Assembly (NCBI GenBank): GCA_019057635.1
Contig: DXJL01000180.1
Location: 1-17,819, forward strand
Direction: 5' to 3'
DNA from: Candidatus Heimdallarchaeota archaeon
Lineage (GTDB): Archaea; Asgardarchaeota; Heimdallarchaeia; Hodarchaeales; Hodarchaeaceae
Length of the DNA stretch: 17,819 nt
Positions within the stretch are counted from its first letter, which is position 1, and each line of letters begins with the position of its first letter. A program made the position numbers and the translations under genes. The notes beneath the pieces are model-generated. The model searched no databases, was not told the origin of the DNA, and worked only from the letters and a program-made list of their open reading frames with translations. Below, one piece after another: positions 16,378 to 17,819 of this stretch.

Positions 16378-17379
16378 ATGGGCCAAGTAAATCATGTATC
16401 ACATCAAAAATGTCCAGAGTGCGGAGCGGTTGATAATATAGTTTCTGATCCAAGGTCAGGTCAATGGATTTGTGCATGTTGTGGGATTGTAGTCGATTCA
16501 TTAATGTTTGATCAGGGACCGGAATGGAGAGCTTATGATTATCAAGAAGAACAAAATCGTTCTAGAGGCGGTTCCCCACTTTCTTTACTCCAGCCTGATT
16601 TTGGAATTAAGACTCAGATAAGTAAATCTAGAAAAGATGGGAAAGGTCGAAAATTATCTTCTAATAAAAGACTAGCTTATAACCGATTAACAAACGTCGA
16701 TAATCACGCACATGAAAGCGAGATCCGCAACTTAAGAATTGCCTTGAGAGAACTTAAGAGGCTACGTAGTCAAATGGAATTGCCAGAAAGAACGGCCCAA
16801 ATGGCAAGCTCTTATTATCGTCAGTGTCTCAAGAAAAATCTGATTCGAGGACGATCAATAGATGGAATGATTGCAGCAAGTCTTTATCTAGCCTGTCGTA
16901 AGACGAAAATCCCCCTTACACTAAAAGATATATCTATTAATGCTAATGTTTCAGCTAAAGAGCTGGGTAGATGTGTTAGGACAATAATTCAACATTTAAG
17001 AACCAAACCTGACTCTGGAAGACATGAAGCCTTAATTCATCGTTTAGGGGAAGAACTGTCATTATCTATGCCTACACGGATGATTGCTGTAAAGATTGCG
17101 ATTAAAACACGAGAGTGTGGAATTACTGTAGGTAAAAATCCAATGTCAATTGCCGCTGCGTGTCTTTATATATCAGGTGTAAAAACAGGAGAACGACGAA
17201 CTCAACAACAAATTGCTCGAGCAGCTAAAACAACTCCTGTCACGATCAGAAACCGATTCAAGGAAATTGTACGAATTTTAGGTATGGATGATATTGAAGT
17301 AAAACGTGGTGCTGCCGCGATTCCCGTTTTTATTGAGGATCCCAGATCATTATTAAGTGCCACACAGAATGTATTCTAA
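16378..17379 (+). CDS. tfb: Transcription initiation factor IIB (TFB)
   Basis: Zn ribbon CPECG..CACCG, DQGPEWRAY, and two cyclin repeats (RGRSIDGMIAASLYLACR; GKNPMSIAAACLYI...RTQQQIA...TIRNRFKE). ATG 16378 is preferred over GTG 16360. Confidence 0.95.
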   Translation: MGQVNHVSHQKCPECGAVDNIVSDPRSGQWICACCGIVVDSLMFDQGPEWRAYDYQEEQNRSRGGSPLSLLQPDFGIKTQISKSRKDGKGRKLSSNKRLAYNRLTNVDNHAHESEIRNLRIALRELKRLRSQMELPERTAQMASSYYRQCLKKNLIRGRSIDGMIAASLYLACRKTKIPLTLKDISINANVSAKELGRCVRTIIQHLRTKPDSGRHEALIHRLGEELSLSMPTRMIAVKIAIKTRECGITVGKNPMSIAAACLYISGVKTGERRTQQQIARAAKTTPVTIRNRFKEIVRILGMDDIEVKRGAAAIPVFIEDPRSLLSATQNVF

Positions 17380-17402
17380 AGTTACCTCCATGTTCTCCCT
17401 TT

Positions 17403-17819
17403 TTACTTTGGAAGAACACCACTATCATCACCCGACAGTTTAAATCGATTTGCTAACGGAGTTTTTGATTTATACTCAAAAATCAGAAATCCAATAACTA
17501 TTCCAATAGCATGGAGTCCTAAGAGAACACCAATGCCTATACCTGCATTATTTTGATCCAAATTAAGAAGGTAGGCATTAAGAAGTTCGAAAGTGATGAT
17601 TATTACTGAATTAGTTAATAGTAGGGCATTTTCTTCCGGGAATATCTTAATATTTCTCACGTTTGCCAAGAATTTGAAGGATAAATGTTTAAATTTGACT
17701 AATACAAATATAGAGAGAATAACTGTTAAAATAAATGCAATTAAGAGCAAAAAATCCAAAAAGACGGTTATTTCCGACGCGGATGTTTCCATTTGAGCCA
17801 GTAGAGAGAAAGAATTCCA
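17403..17819 (-). CDS. Membrane protein, probably 5'-truncated by the window edge
   Basis: Three hydrophobic segments. The frame is open upstream of ATG 17792 to the window end (WNSFSLLAQ-M). Confidence 0.7.
   Translation of the reverse strand, partial: WNSFSLLAQMETSASEITVFLDFLLLIAFILTVILSIFVLVKFKHLSFKFLANVRNIKIFPEENALLLTNSVIIITFELLNAYLLNLDQNNAGIGIGVLLGLHAIGIVIGFLIFEYKSKTPLANRFKLSGDDSGVLPK

Noticed and set aside
17593-17796. 67-aa plus-strand ORF
   Set aside because: Antisense to the membrane protein gene.
1-17819. CRISPR array, tRNA/rRNA, transposase, integrase or intein
   Set aside because: By eye I found no regularly spaced repeats, cloverleafs, GC-rich RNA segments or mobile-element motifs, and the intergenic gaps are short.

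Overview
An AT-rich, gene-dense archaeal chromosomal segment. It carries egsA, an archaeal RNase HII with a PIP-like tail, a COG1202/DUF5814 helicase and TFB. A Roadblock-fold gene, many orphan coiled-coil and membrane proteins and a bacterial-type LipA suggest an Asgard archaeon, possibly Heimdallarchaeia/Hodarchaeales (inference only). Gene order: egsA (5'-truncated), rnhB, phosphomannomutase and a small 2-TM protein (+); Ski2-like helicase (-); two tandem paralogous 'Cys4 zinc knuckle + long coiled coil' genes and an LpdD/PAC4-like gene (+); a 1060-aa glycosylated, membrane-anchored alpha/alpha-barrel + beta-sandwich protein (-); a Roadblock-like gene plus a 416-aa helical protein (+); an 800-aa M48 protease with extra domains (-); lipA and tfb (+); and a truncated membrane protein (-). 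I saw no tRNA, rRNA, CRISPR array or mobile element. The best candidates for undescribed biology are the in-register CxxC-x8-CxxC coiled-coil pair (Atg14-like architecture, probable heterodimer), the Roadblock/helical-protein operon, the ribophorin-II-like surface protein and the multidomain M48 protease.
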